64,000 nucleotides of DNA from positions 42,987-106,986 of the forward strand of contig CALJGL010000023.1 of NCBI GenBank assembly GCA_938075155.1, written 5' to 3'. The notes under the pieces are model-generated. The model made no database searches. It worked only from the letters and a program-made list of their open reading frames with translations, and was not told where the DNA came from. The stretch comes from an uncultured bacterium (GTDB lineage: Bacteria > Planctomycetota > UBA8108 > UBA1146). Each line of letters starts with the position of its first letter. Within the stretch, counting starts at the first letter, position 1. Below are positions 1-9,896 of the stretch, piece by piece. The position numbers and the translations under genes are program-made.

Positions 1-543
1 GGGGTCCTCCGAAAGTGATCCAGCCGAAGAGTTAAAGCGGCTCAGAGAAATTCATGGTCCTTCTCCCATTATCGTTGTCGTCGAACAGACGTATTCTGCC
101 GGAAAAGGTGGAGAGTGGCTCGCAGAAGATCACAGGATCGAAGACCTTTCGACTCTTGGTTTCGGATTGTCTCAACTGAGGGACCACCTGCTTCTTCAAA
201 GGAACATTCAGGCGGATCATTGGGTTCTTGCGGGGGCAGCACAAGGTGCTGAGGTGGTGGTTTCGATATCCGCAGGAGATCCGGACTGGCCACGCGTTTG
301 GATCGCCCCTGGATCGGGGCCGGGTTGGTTTGGCATGGAGGGATTATCAGATCCTCCCGATGAGCCACACTCTGGACCTGGAATTCGTGTCGTGACCACA
401 GAAGAGCATCGATCTCGGTGGGAGATGGAACTTAAATCACGTGCGCAGGTGGGGACTCCCATGGAAGTTCGGGTCGAAGCGGTGGAAGACCAAGTCGAAT
501 CCAGAATGCACCATCTGATGGGCAAGGAATTAGACTTAGGGCC

Positions 544-1185
544 TCAGGCGAAAAACTTTAGAGCGAAAAATCCCAATACGCCCATCACCAAAGCTCCGAT
601 TGAGATCCAGCCGAACCAGCGTTCGATGAATTCTTTCACTTTCTCGCCATAAATACGAATCAGAATTCCCTCAGCCATGAATCGTATGCCGCGCCCTGCG
701 AGGCTGGCCAGAGTGAATATTCCCAATGGCATTCCCGCTGCTCCTGAAGCGATGGTGAAGACCTTGTAGGGGAGGGGAGTCAGTGCTGCTGCGAGCACTG
801 CGATGAATCCCACATCGATGAATCCTTCTCGTACCTCTTCAAATATTTCGTGTGCTTGAAAAAAGTCGAGAATCGCAACCCCGACCGAATCGAACGCCCA
901 TGCACCTATCGCATATCCCAGCCAGCCTCCGGCAACGGAGGCGAGTGTCGTCAAGACGGCGAGGGGGATGGCTCTTTTTGGATTTCCAATTCCTAATGCA
1001 ATCAGTAACGGATCTGGAGGAATCGGGAAAAAACTCGATTCAGTAAAAGAGACCGTCGCTAATACAGCAGGGCCTCTTCGAGTTTCTGACTCGGCTAAAA
1101 TCCGATTGTAGAGACGCTTGAGAAAAGAGTCTTGAGAGACGATTTCTTGATCTTCGGATGGGCGAGAATCGTCAGGCACCGACAT
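544..1185 (-). CDS. DedA/SNARE-associated family membrane protein. The ORF track extends to 1308, but the likely start is the internal Met at 1185 (MSVPDD), which avoids a long overlap with thiE.
   Basis: FPIPPDPLLIALG motif typical of the DedA/YqaA family. Multiple hydrophobic segments. Confidence 0.6.
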   Translation of the reverse strand: MSVPDDSRPSEDQEIVSQDSFLKRLYNRILAESETRRGPAVLATVSFTESSFFPIPPDPLLIALGIGNPKRAIPLAVLTTLASVAGGWLGYAIGAWAFDSVGVAILDFFQAHEIFEEVREGFIDVGFIAVLAAALTPLPYKVFTIASGAAGMPLGIFTLASLAGRGIRFMAEGILIRIYGEKVKEFIERWFGWISIGALVMGVLGFFALKFFA

Positions 1186-2305
1186 TCCTTTCGGATCGGG
1201 CAGCTTCAAGTTTCTCGGCCAAGAGGCGGGTGGCGGCTTCGGGGTCTTCTTTTCCAATGATTCCAGTGCAAATAGCAATGCGATCAGCACCCGCAGAGAG
1301 AACAGCATCTATTGTCGTGTCATCGACTCGGCCTATGGCGAAGCCGGGGAGTGGGCAACAACTTTGAGATTCTGTGATGTATCCGGTACCGACTGACGAG
1401 CGGTGGACTTTTGTCCGGGTTTCGTGGATCGGTCCCACTCCGATGTAGTCCGCCCCCAAGCCGGCCGCTTTTCCAGCCTGTTCTTTACAGTGGGTCGATA
1501 AGCCTATGATGGCATCGGGGCCCAATATTTTTCGTGCTTCGTGGGGAGGGACATCTTCTTGGCCGAGGTGCACTCCATCTGCTCCAGATAATTGAGCCAC
1601 TGCGATATGGTCATTAATAATCAGAAGAGTGTCTGTTTTCTCGGTGATGGCTCGTAATCGCCGTGCCATATCGAGGAGTTGACCCGTCGGGCAATCCTTC
1701 TCTCGAAGTTGGACAATGTCGGCGCCACCGGCGATAGCGGCTTCGGTGGTCTCGTAAATATCTCCTCGGCACAGGGATTCTGTGACGAGCAGATAGAGTC
1801 GTCTGTCCCCGAGTGATTTGCCCCGAGTCAAAATTCCGGTGCAGATACTGTCGAGTGAATATATCGAGTAACGGATTTCCTGCATCTGTTGAGCCAAGTC
1901 AGAGTCGACCAATCGAAGTTGTTCCTCGATGGAGCGGGACGCTTCCCGAACTCTTGAGGTATTGGCTGCGAGCAGACCTTGGAGATGGGCGTGGGGCCCG
2001 GTCCCTTCGACGGAACTCAGAGGATCTCCTAAGAGATCCCGGATCGCGCCGAGTGGGCCCCATCGTTTTTCTAACTGAACCCGTATTCCGGAAGCTCTTC
2101 TGCGGAGGTCTTGCCAGCCCGCCGCTAATGGCGAATTCTGCAGGTGGAAGCGGCAGGGGTCCTCCAGCGTCCTCAATCCTTCGGTCAGGCGGTGAAGGGC
2201 CGCATCCAGGGTTCTCTGGAAGCCGGGATCGAGGGAGTCAGGAGATGGCTGTATATTCATGCCCCCAGAGTGGTCGGAGAAAGGCTCTTCATCAAGCCAT
2301 ACCAT
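1172..2305 (-). CDS. thiE: Thiamine-phosphate synthase with an unusual N-terminal extension of about 160 aa
   Basis: The C-terminal ~210 aa matches the ThiE TIM-barrel: LLVTE...GADIVQLREKD, HLGQEDV, GADYIGVGPIHETRTK, IGG. The N-terminal 160 aa has no evident TMP-synthase similarity. Confidence 0.75.
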   Translation of the reverse strand: MVWLDEEPFSDHSGGMNIQPSPDSLDPGFQRTLDAALHRLTEGLRTLEDPCRFHLQNSPLAAGWQDLRRRASGIRVQLEKRWGPLGAIRDLLGDPLSSVEGTGPHAHLQGLLAANTSRVREASRSIEEQLRLVDSDLAQQMQEIRYSIYSLDSICTGILTRGKSLGDRRLYLLVTESLCRGDIYETTEAAIAGGADIVQLREKDCPTGQLLDMARRLRAITEKTDTLLIINDHIAVAQLSGADGVHLGQEDVPPHEARKILGPDAIIGLSTHCKEQAGKAAGLGADYIGVGPIHETRTKVHRSSVGTGYITESQSCCPLPGFAIGRVDDTTIDAVLSAGADRIAICTGIIGKEDPEAATRLLAEKLEAARSERNVGA

Positions 2306-2377
2306 TACGCTCCCCTCGGGGCCAATACACCCTTACACTGCATGCCGAAGGGAGGTCATCCTGTGAGAACCTTGTAT

Positions 2378-2875
2378 ATGTTGTCCGCTATAATTCCGGG
2401 ATTACCGTTGCTCCTTCATGGGCGATATTCCCCAGGATTATTGCTGTTCCTCTTTGGTACAGCGAGTTGGACCCTTCATGCCGCTTCTCATTTGAGAGTG
2501 GGAGGGGATCGACAGTTGTTTCTCGTGGTCAGTCTACTGGCAGGGATCAGCTGTTCTCTCGCGACATTGATATGGACATACCACTGGACTTCGAATGAGC
2601 GCATTGAGCAGACGAAACAAAGGGTAGAAGCGGCTCTCGACGAAGCACAAAGGTCTTATCTTCGTGGTCGTTTGGATCAAGCCAGGACTTCTCTCGATCA
2701 GGGATTGAAGCACGATTCTAGAGATATCGATCTGCTCTTTCTTGATTGGCAAGTCGCGCGTCGCATGGGGGATGATCCTCGTGCTCGAAGAAGTCGTAGA
2801 ATGCTCAGAAAATATGACCTAGAAGAGAAATGGCTCTGGGAAGTCCAGAGAGAGGAGCTCGTTCGTGGCCGATGA
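2378..2875 (+). CDS. Hypothetical small membrane protein. The longer ORF from 2144 would overlap thiE.
   Basis: Hydrophobic N-terminal half and a charged helical C-terminal half. The ORF ends overlapping the purM start. No recognisable family. Confidence 0.3.
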   Translation: MLSAIIPGLPLLLHGRYSPGLLLFLFGTASWTLHAASHLRVGGDRQLFLVVSLLAGISCSLATLIWTYHWTSNERIEQTKQRVEAALDEAQRSYLRGRLDQARTSLDQGLKHDSRDIDLLFLDWQVARRMGDDPRARRSRRMLRKYDLEEKWLWEVQREELVRGR

Positions 2876-3959
2876 TACACCCGTGGATGCTCGATCAAAA
2901 AAAGTCACATACAGAGATTCGGGTGTCGATATCGATGCCGGAAATGAAGTGGTCGACCGGATCCGTGAAGCTGTGCAGTCTACTCAGGATGATCGGGTGC
3001 TGGCAGGGTCGCATGGAGCATTCGGTGGATTCTTCCGACTGTTAGACAACGATGGGGGGCTCTTCGGTAAACCGATGAAAAACCCTATTCTTGTGGGAGC
3101 GACGGATGGCGTCGGTACCAAACTGAAAGTTGCTTTCAGTTGTGGGGTATTAGATTCAGTCGGAATCGATCTGGTCGCAATGTGTGTCAACGATTTGATC
3201 GTGGGCGGAGCACGTCCTCTGTTTTTCTTGGACTATGTCGCGACAGGGAAAATCTCTGCTGATGCGATCGCTACGGTGGTTGAAGGAATAGCCGAGGGCT
3301 GTCGTCAGAGTGGTTGCGCCTTGTTGGGTGGAGAAACTGCGGAAATGCCAGGCTTCTATAAGCCGGGTGAACTCGACCTCGCCGGATTCTCAGTAGGAGT
3401 TGTCGAGAAAGATGAAATCCTAGACGGCTCGACTGTTCGATCGGGTGACAAAGTCATTGGACTAGGATCCAGCGGCGTGCATTCCAACGGATTTTCTCTC
3501 GTTAGACGTGTCCTGATGGAAGGCCCTGGGGCTTTACCTCTCGACCAAGACCCCGCTGGGTGGGGTTGCACTTTGGGTGAAGAACTTTTGAAACCCACTC
3601 GTATCTATGTGAAGTCTTTGCTAGAGGTCTTGGATCAGGATCGAAGTGCTATTCATGCACTGGCCCATATCACTGGAGGAGGTTTGCTTGAAAACCTTCC
3701 TCGTGTTCTCCCTGAGGATTTATCGATTACCCTCCAGAGATCTTCATGGGAACGTCCTCCCATTTTTCAACTGATTGAAGAGAGAGGTCCTGTCGAAGAG
3801 TCAGAGATGGATCGAGTTTTTAATCAGGGCATTGGTATGGCTGTGATCGTGGCTGCAGATGAAGCGGAGAGACTGACAGAGCGGTTCCGTGAGTTGGGCG
3901 AAAAAGCGTGGATCATCGGTTCCGTGTGTGAGGGTGATGGAGTTCAAATTCTTCCCTGA
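2865..3959 (+). CDS. purM: Phosphoribosylformylglycinamidine cyclo-ligase (AIR synthetase)
   Basis: GVDIDAGNEVV, GATDGVGTKLKVA, GGETAEMPG. Length is as expected for PurM. Confidence 0.9.
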   Translation: MADDTPVDARSKKVTYRDSGVDIDAGNEVVDRIREAVQSTQDDRVLAGSHGAFGGFFRLLDNDGGLFGKPMKNPILVGATDGVGTKLKVAFSCGVLDSVGIDLVAMCVNDLIVGGARPLFFLDYVATGKISADAIATVVEGIAEGCRQSGCALLGGETAEMPGFYKPGELDLAGFSVGVVEKDEILDGSTVRSGDKVIGLGSSGVHSNGFSLVRRVLMEGPGALPLDQDPAGWGCTLGEELLKPTRIYVKSLLEVLDQDRSAIHALAHITGGGLLENLPRVLPEDLSITLQRSSWERPPIFQLIEERGPVEESEMDRVFNQGIGMAVIVAADEAERLTERFRELGEKAWIIGSVCEGDGVQILP

Positions 3960-4035
3960 AGAGCATCTTCAAGTTCTCGTCTATAGAGTGCGCCTTGTGT
4001 TCGACCCAGACTTGAAAACGAGTTCGATCAGATTT

Positions 4036-4905
4036 CTAAGTCTGGAGAGAGTCCAACTTTTTCACCGTGGGTAACAATCCCTTGGCAGAGAGGTCGACTT
4101 CACCGGTGAAGGTGATTTCCGCCGGACCTGTGATCGCCATGTGAATCGCTCCGCTGGAGTTCACTTTGCGGATGAATAACTCACCCCCCGGCATTGATAC
4201 GGTCACTTCATCTTCGAGCAAGTTCTCCTGTTGCAATGCAACGACAGCGGCTACGGCCCCTGTCCCACAGGCGAGAGTCTCGCCACATCCGCGTTCCCAG
4301 ACTCGTAGCTGAAGTTTGTTCTTCTCTTCAATCACATAAAACCCGACATTGACTCTCTCAGGGGCGGACGCTTCTAGGGTGGGGCCGAGTTCTCTTACGG
4401 GATCGATTCCCGTTAATGCTTCTTGCGAGACGACCAAATGAGGATTTCCAACATTGACAGGTATCCCTAGGAAGTGTTGGCCTTGAATCTCAAATTCTAA
4501 GGGAGCGGAACAGACCACTGGACCTAGTACTGCTCGCGACAGGAATTCTCCGGAGTCTGAAAGATAGATTTCGACAGGAACCATCCCGGAGTCGGTCAGG
4601 ATTTGATGGACGCCCTCTTTTTCAAACAGGATACGAGACACGACGCGGAGGCCATTCCCGCACGCTTCTGCTCGGCTGCCGTCTGCATTCCAGCATTCCA
4701 TGGCTGGAACACCTTCATTTCTCCTGATGACGAGTAATCCATCCGCTCCGATACCTGTTCTGCGACAGGTGAGACGTCGGGCCAGTGGACCCAGATCTTC
4801 CGCCAGGTGTCCGTTTTTTTCGTCGAGGACAATAAAGTCGTTACCGGCTCCGTGTGCTTTTAGAAATTTCAAAGGAACGTGGCTCAAATTTCCCCTACTC
4901 ATCAA
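4036..4905 (-). CDS. dapF: Diaminopimelate epimerase
   Basis: KFLKAHGAGNDFIVLDE, GNPHLVV, ACGTGAVAAVVA (the two catalytic Cys regions). About 280 aa. Confidence 0.85.
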   Translation of the reverse strand: MMSRGNLSHVPLKFLKAHGAGNDFIVLDEKNGHLAEDLGPLARRLTCRRTGIGADGLLVIRRNEGVPAMECWNADGSRAEACGNGLRVVSRILFEKEGVHQILTDSGMVPVEIYLSDSGEFLSRAVLGPVVCSAPLEFEIQGQHFLGIPVNVGNPHLVVSQEALTGIDPVRELGPTLEASAPERVNVGFYVIEEKNKLQLRVWERGCGETLACGTGAVAAVVALQQENLLEDEVTVSMPGGELFIRKVNSSGAIHMAITGPAEITFTGEVDLSAKGLLPTVKKLDSLQT

Positions 4906-5060
4906 TTTTCGCCATTTAGGCGAGAGTTCTTCAGAAAAGAAGGCCTAATGATCAGGTCCCCGAGTGATATCAACTTCGCTGGAGGAGTGTTGCATCGGAC
5001 GTCTCTTCAGACTCGAATGATAAGTGAAATTGGTGACTGGATCGAGAGGATGATTGTTCC

Positions 5061-6050
5061 ATGAACGATTCGAAAAGTTCTTCTGACCAAAATGAAGAAA
5101 AGGCTCCTAGGCCTGATTCTGAAGTGTCAGTGAGCCGCGAAAATCGGGGATCATTGAGAAGTTTGGGATTATTGATCATTTTGGGCCTCACCCCGATATT
5201 GATCTACACGGCTCTCCCGAATAAGTCACATGAGGAAGTTCCTGTAGAAAACGCATTAAGGCGTGGCAAAGTCAAAGTCGTACTCACCGAATCCATCGAT
5301 GGGAATGAAACTGAAATTAATATCATCGATCTGATTTTGAAACGTTCAATGAGTCAGCATGGATTTGTGATTGTGGATCAAGACTACGATTACTTGTTAC
5401 AAGGATCTCTTTCCTGTGAATATTACCAAGCATTGACCTTTGATTTCGGAGAGTCTTCTCAGCACCTTGAGCATCAGTACCACGGAAAATTCACAGGAGT
5501 TCTCGAAGACAGTTCAGGAAAACTCCTGCAAGACCTTTCCTTTCCAGAGCCACTGATGAATGGACGTACGGATAATGTGCTGGCGCAACGAGATATCAGG
5601 AGGCGGGCTTCAACTTTGATCGCAAGCAACGTGGTGTCAGGGCAGGTATTGGGGAATACGGAAGTCCTCGGCCTTTTGGATGCCATGACAGATACTCTGG
5701 ATTCTCGAACCTACAATGAAGTCGTTGGCGAGTTGGTCGTGATTGGTACTCCGGCAGTCCCTTACCTTTTAGATGCTCTGCGCGATGAGCGACCGGTGCA
5801 ATTGGCGGGGACTTATCCGGGTTTCGAGGATTTAGAAAAAGACGAACTTAAGATTTATCACGTTGCTGATCTGGCTCTGCGGGACATTCTTGATCGTGAT
5901 AGTTTCTTGGATCCAGGGTCTGCTGACGATTATCTGCATCGAACGAGAATAGCATGGCAGTGGGAATGGGAAGACATCCAAAGGATTCCTGAGAACTTAC
6001 GCATCGTTCCTGAGAAACGTCAGAATACTGTCCCTGCTACAAAGGGATAA
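5061..6050 (+). CDS. Hypothetical protein with an N-terminal TM segment and a HEAT/PBS-lyase-like repeat
   Basis: Hydrophobic stretch LGLLIILGLTPILIYTAL. Motif VVIGTPAVPYLLDALRDERP resembles a HEAT repeat. Confidence 0.5.
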   Translation: MNDSKSSSDQNEEKAPRPDSEVSVSRENRGSLRSLGLLIILGLTPILIYTALPNKSHEEVPVENALRRGKVKVVLTESIDGNETEINIIDLILKRSMSQHGFVIVDQDYDYLLQGSLSCEYYQALTFDFGESSQHLEHQYHGKFTGVLEDSSGKLLQDLSFPEPLMNGRTDNVLAQRDIRRRASTLIASNVVSGQVLGNTEVLGLLDAMTDTLDSRTYNEVVGELVVIGTPAVPYLLDALRDERPVQLAGTYPGFEDLEKDELKIYHVADLALRDILDRDSFLDPGSADDYLHRTRIAWQWEWEDIQRIPENLRIVPEKRQNTVPATKG

Positions 6051-6086
6051 CCCCGTACCATTTCTCACTGAAAGACGAGCAACAAG

Positions 6087-6899
6087 TTGAGTATTCATCC
6101 GACAGCAGTGATTCATGAGAGTGCCAAAATTGGCAAGGGAGTCGAAATAGGCCCATTTTGTCAAATCGGAAAGGACGTGACGATCGGCGATGGCTGCAAG
6201 ATCTTTTCGCATGCATACATCGGCGAGAGAACTGTTCTGGGGGAATCCGTTGAGGTGCATATGCAAGTGGTGGTGGGCCACGAACCACAAGATCTGACTT
6301 GGGCACGAGAGCCTAGCTCATGTGAAATCGGAGCCCACACGGTACTCAGGGAATTTTCTACGGTTCACCGGGCTTCTCGCCCCGGGGGGATGACTCAAAT
6401 CGGCCAGCGTTGTTTACTGATGGTGGGTTCTCATGTGGCCCATGATTGTGAAGTGGGCGATGGAGTGGTTCTTGCGAACCATTGTTCTTTGGCAGGACAT
6501 GTCAAAGTGGGAGATGGAGCATTTCTGTCTGCCAACTCATTGGTCCATCAGTTTTGCAGAGTGGGTCGTTTTGTCATGCTCGGTGGGGCTGCTGTCGCCG
6601 TTCAGGATATACCTTCCTTCATGTTGTCGACGGGAGATCGTGCTGTCATCCGAGGCGTGAACGTCATTGGGCTTCGAAGAGCGGGATTTTCCGCAGATAT
6701 CCGAAGAGCTATTCAGGATGCCCATCGCTTGCTTTTCCGTGGAAAAAAGACGATTCCAGAAGCGACCGAACTCTTATTCCAAAGCAAGGTTCCTGAGATT
6801 TTAGAACTCGCAAATTTCATCGCTGATTCGGCAAGGGGAGTCGCTACCGGAGTTTCTATGGCCAGTTTCACGTCGCAAGATCAAGACCTACCACAGTGA
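6087..6899 (+). CDS. lpxA: Acyl-ACP:UDP-GlcNAc O-acyltransferase
   Basis: N-terminal hexapeptide repeats (IHPTAVIHESAKIGKGVEIGPFCQIGKDVTIGDGCKIFSHAYIG) and the LpxA C-terminal helical domain. Confidence 0.85.
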   Translation: MSIHPTAVIHESAKIGKGVEIGPFCQIGKDVTIGDGCKIFSHAYIGERTVLGESVEVHMQVVVGHEPQDLTWAREPSSCEIGAHTVLREFSTVHRASRPGGMTQIGQRCLLMVGSHVAHDCEVGDGVVLANHCSLAGHVKVGDGAFLSANSLVHQFCRVGRFVMLGGAAVAVQDIPSFMLSTGDRAVIRGVNVIGLRRAGFSADIRRAIQDAHRLLFRGKKTIPEATELLFQSKVPEILELANFIADSARGVATGVSMASFTSQDQDLPQ

Positions 6900-6906
6900 A
6901 ATCGAT

Positions 6907-7989
6907 ATGAAAATTGGATACTTGGACCCGTCACCGGGGGGGGCACCTTCTGGAAACGTGAGCACTTCTCAAAGGTTGCTCAGGCATTGGAGGCAGTCAG
7001 GTCACAAGGTGGTCTCTCTGTCCACTCGTGGGATAGACAAGCAAAGTACTTTTTCGGTCCCCCAGATGCGTCAGATGATTTCTGAGCAGAACATGATCAT
7101 CGCTCTTCATTCTCTGCACTCGATGCGTGCTCTTAGAGTATGGCAATCGATGGCTCAGCGGCCCCCATTAATTTTCGTCGTCAGTGGGACCGATCTGTTT
7201 CAGCCATTGCTGAAGAGTGGGAGCATTTCAAAAGATTTCCAGTTTGTGTGCTCAAATGCGGATGCCATTGTGACACTCGCCGATGGCTTCTCTCGATTCT
7301 ATCCCAAAGCTGACCGAAGGCAGTGGGCCAAAAAGACCCAATTCATTGCACAAGGTGCAAAGCCACTCCCGTCCTCTCTAAAGCCTTCAAGTTCACGAAT
7401 ACGGGCAGTTGTGGCGGCCAATTTCCGAATGATTAAGGACCCGCTTCTTCCCGTCAGGGCTCTCGAAAAACTATTGGCTGAAAGAATGAAAACGGAAGAA
7501 GTGAGCCCTCAGTTGGAGGTACTCCACTTCGGATCGGTCTCGGGACATAAGTATAAGCGTGCTGTTGAAAATTCAGAACATCGAATTTCATCATGTGGGC
7601 TTTCATGGCGATGGAAGGGAGTGGTTACCCAAGGAGGACTTCGGAGGTGGTTAGGCTCAAGTCACCTTTTGATTCAGTCTTCTCTCCACGAGGGAGGAGC
7701 CAACATTGTTGGAGAAGCCGTCATGGGGAGGATCCCGATCATCGCCAGTCGTATACCTGGCAATACGGGACTCTTGGGAATGAAACATCCCGGTTTATTT
7801 AGTGTGGGATCTGCGACAGGATTGGCTCGACGCCTTAAAGAATTTATCTCCGACGAGGCATATCGTCAGGAATTGAAAGCCGCTTCCGAGCGACTCTCTT
7901 CGAATCATGACTTGGAGAAAGAGCGAATCGCTTGGGCTGATTTGATTGAGAATATTGGGAGGTGTGGGAGACCATCCACCACAAGTTAA
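6907..7989 (+). CDS. GT-B fold glycosyltransferase (GT4-like), immediately downstream of lpxA
   Basis: EX7E motif HEGGANIVGEAVMGRIPIIASRIPGNTG near the C-terminus. About 360 aa. Confidence 0.6.
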   Translation: MKIGYLDPSPGGAPSGNVSTSQRLLRHWRQSGHKVVSLSTRGIDKQSTFSVPQMRQMISEQNMIIALHSLHSMRALRVWQSMAQRPPLIFVVSGTDLFQPLLKSGSISKDFQFVCSNADAIVTLADGFSRFYPKADRRQWAKKTQFIAQGAKPLPSSLKPSSSRIRAVVAANFRMIKDPLLPVRALEKLLAERMKTEEVSPQLEVLHFGSVSGHKYKRAVENSEHRISSCGLSWRWKGVVTQGGLRRWLGSSHLLIQSSLHEGGANIVGEAVMGRIPIIASRIPGNTGLLGMKHPGLFSVGSATGLARRLKEFISDEAYRQELKAASERLSSNHDLEKERIAWADLIENIGRCGRPSTTS

Positions 7990-8024
7990 TAGACTTCCGT
8001 CATTATTGAATTAGAAGAGTGGAA

Positions 8025-9482
8025 TCAAGGTAACTTCCGTTCCTCTTCTCTTCCTAGAAGGTCGATTTCGTGCTTCTGCCTTTGGTATCGACGCCAGATG
8101 TCTCCCGTTTCCCAACGTGGGGGAGTCAACTCTAACTCCCAATCTTTAAGAAGACCCATAAGTTGCTCCACCCGCTCGGGTTCTTCCATAGCACGATTGG
8201 TGGTTTCACCGGGATCAAGAGAGAGTTGGACGAGTATCGGTTTCTTGTAACCAGAGTTCTCTTTCTCGATACGTATGAGCTTCCAATCCCCCTGTCGAAC
8301 TGCTGCTGCGACTGTACGTCTCCAATATAGAGTTTCACGTGAGATCACATGAGTGCTGTCTTCGAGGAGAGGAAGAAGATTGAGACCGTCTAGCTCAGGG
8401 GATGGGGTATGAGTCTTAGAGCCTGCAACAGCAAGAAATGTGGGAGTGAGATCCAGACTGGATATTAGGGAAGAATTCTCTCCGGAATCGAATCGATCTG
8501 GCCAATGGAAGATAAACGGAACTCTATGGCCCCCTTCCCATTTACTTCCTTTCATTCCTCGCCATGTCCCATTGTCAGAAGCATTGTTTGTGGCTCCTCC
8601 ATTGTCGGAGAGGAAGACGATCAAAGTATCTTTTTCGATTTGTTTTCGTGAAAGAGCGGATCGAATCTTTCCGACACCTTCGTCCAGTGCCGCGACCATG
8701 GCTGCATACTTTCGGCGTTTAGGGTTTTTTATCGATGTGTATTTTTCGAGCAGGTCAGGGCGGGCGTGCATGGGGGTATGGGGAGCGGTGTAAGAAAGCA
8801 TCAGGAACAAAGGTTTGTCGGTTGTGCTTTTTTGGATCAGTCGGACTCCTTCATCCGTGATCCAATCGGTGAAATATGAAAAAGATGATTCTGGTACATG
8901 CTCACCATCTCGTTCGAGAAGTCTCGATTTGGAGAGAGGTTTTTCGAGAACAGGGAAATATGATCGGGAGCCCCCGAGGATTCCTGAAAAATGATCAAAG
9001 CCTAAGGATCGAGGATGGTTATGAGTTTGAGCACCGAGGTGCCATTTACCCACGAGTGCTGTTTGGTAACCCACGCTTTTCAAGCGTGAGGCCAGTGTGG
9101 ATGTCCCCGCGAGTAGACCCGTTCCAGCTCCTCCCAAATTACATTCAAAGCCCTGGGTTTGAGGATATCTGCCCGTCAATAAACCCGCACGGGAAGGAGC
9201 ACAAACGGAGGCGACCACATGGGCATCGGTACAAACAATCCCTTCAAGTGCAATGCGGTCGAGCTGGGGAGTTGAGATATCGGAGACTCCCGTGAATCCC
9301 AAATCGGAATAGCCCAGGTCATCGGCGACGATAAGAATGATGTGGGGTGGGCTCTTCGGACTGATCTCAGCGGAACGCTGAAGGGGCCCAGAACACCCGA
9401 TGGCCCCGAGAAAAACCCAAAAAAATGCAGAGAGAACCAAAAATAAATTCGTGGCAGGGGGAGATCCCGAATTGAAGGCCAT
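8025..9482 (-). CDS. Secreted sulfatase (formylglycine-dependent arylsulfatase family). The ORF track starts at 9602; the internal Met at 9482 gives a proper signal peptide.
   Basis: ILIVADDLGYSDLGFTG and the C-x-P-S-R fGly motif CAPSRAGLLTGRY. N-terminal hydrophobic signal. Confidence 0.85.
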   Translation of the reverse strand: MAFNSGSPPATNLFLVLSAFFWVFLGAIGCSGPLQRSAEISPKSPPHIILIVADDLGYSDLGFTGVSDISTPQLDRIALEGIVCTDAHVVASVCAPSRAGLLTGRYPQTQGFECNLGGAGTGLLAGTSTLASRLKSVGYQTALVGKWHLGAQTHNHPRSLGFDHFSGILGGSRSYFPVLEKPLSKSRLLERDGEHVPESSFSYFTDWITDEGVRLIQKSTTDKPLFLMLSYTAPHTPMHARPDLLEKYTSIKNPKRRKYAAMVAALDEGVGKIRSALSRKQIEKDTLIVFLSDNGGATNNASDNGTWRGMKGSKWEGGHRVPFIFHWPDRFDSGENSSLISSLDLTPTFLAVAGSKTHTPSPELDGLNLLPLLEDSTHVISRETLYWRRTVAAAVRQGDWKLIRIEKENSGYKKPILVQLSLDPGETTNRAMEEPERVEQLMGLLKDWELELTPPRWETGDIWRRYQRQKHEIDLLGREEERKLP

Positions 9483-9896
9483 GATGAATCCTCTCAAATG
9501 TAGGTCGAGGCGGGTATTTGACCAGATCAGCATCTCACTTCTGTCGGTGAGATCCATACCCCAGATCAGCATAATTCGGTTCAATACCACTGTAGGGGTC
9601 ATTTTGAATAGAATTGAGTGGGAATTAAAAAAGGCGCACGGTGGGTTTAGAACCGTGCGCCGGAAGATAGAGATGAAGACTAAATAAGGTGGTCATGCAC
9701 TCTCCTCAAGGAATAAATCCCGACCACAAACGCATTCTATGAGTTAACAATATGGTTAACAAATGGAATATTTGAAAACTCTCAGAGGATGCCTGATCGT
9801 TCCTGATTGACATGGAAGTCCAATTTTGTCCCACTGTTGTTCAGGGGCGGGGGGGATCCGCACCCGAATGTTTGAAACGAATGACAGGGGGATCAA

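Noticed and set aside
2144-2875. 243-aa plus-strand ORF starting at 2144
   Set aside because: Its first ~55 codons overlap the thiE coding region on the opposite strand. A later start at 2378 gives a compact membrane protein with no overlap. The gene itself remains low-confidence.
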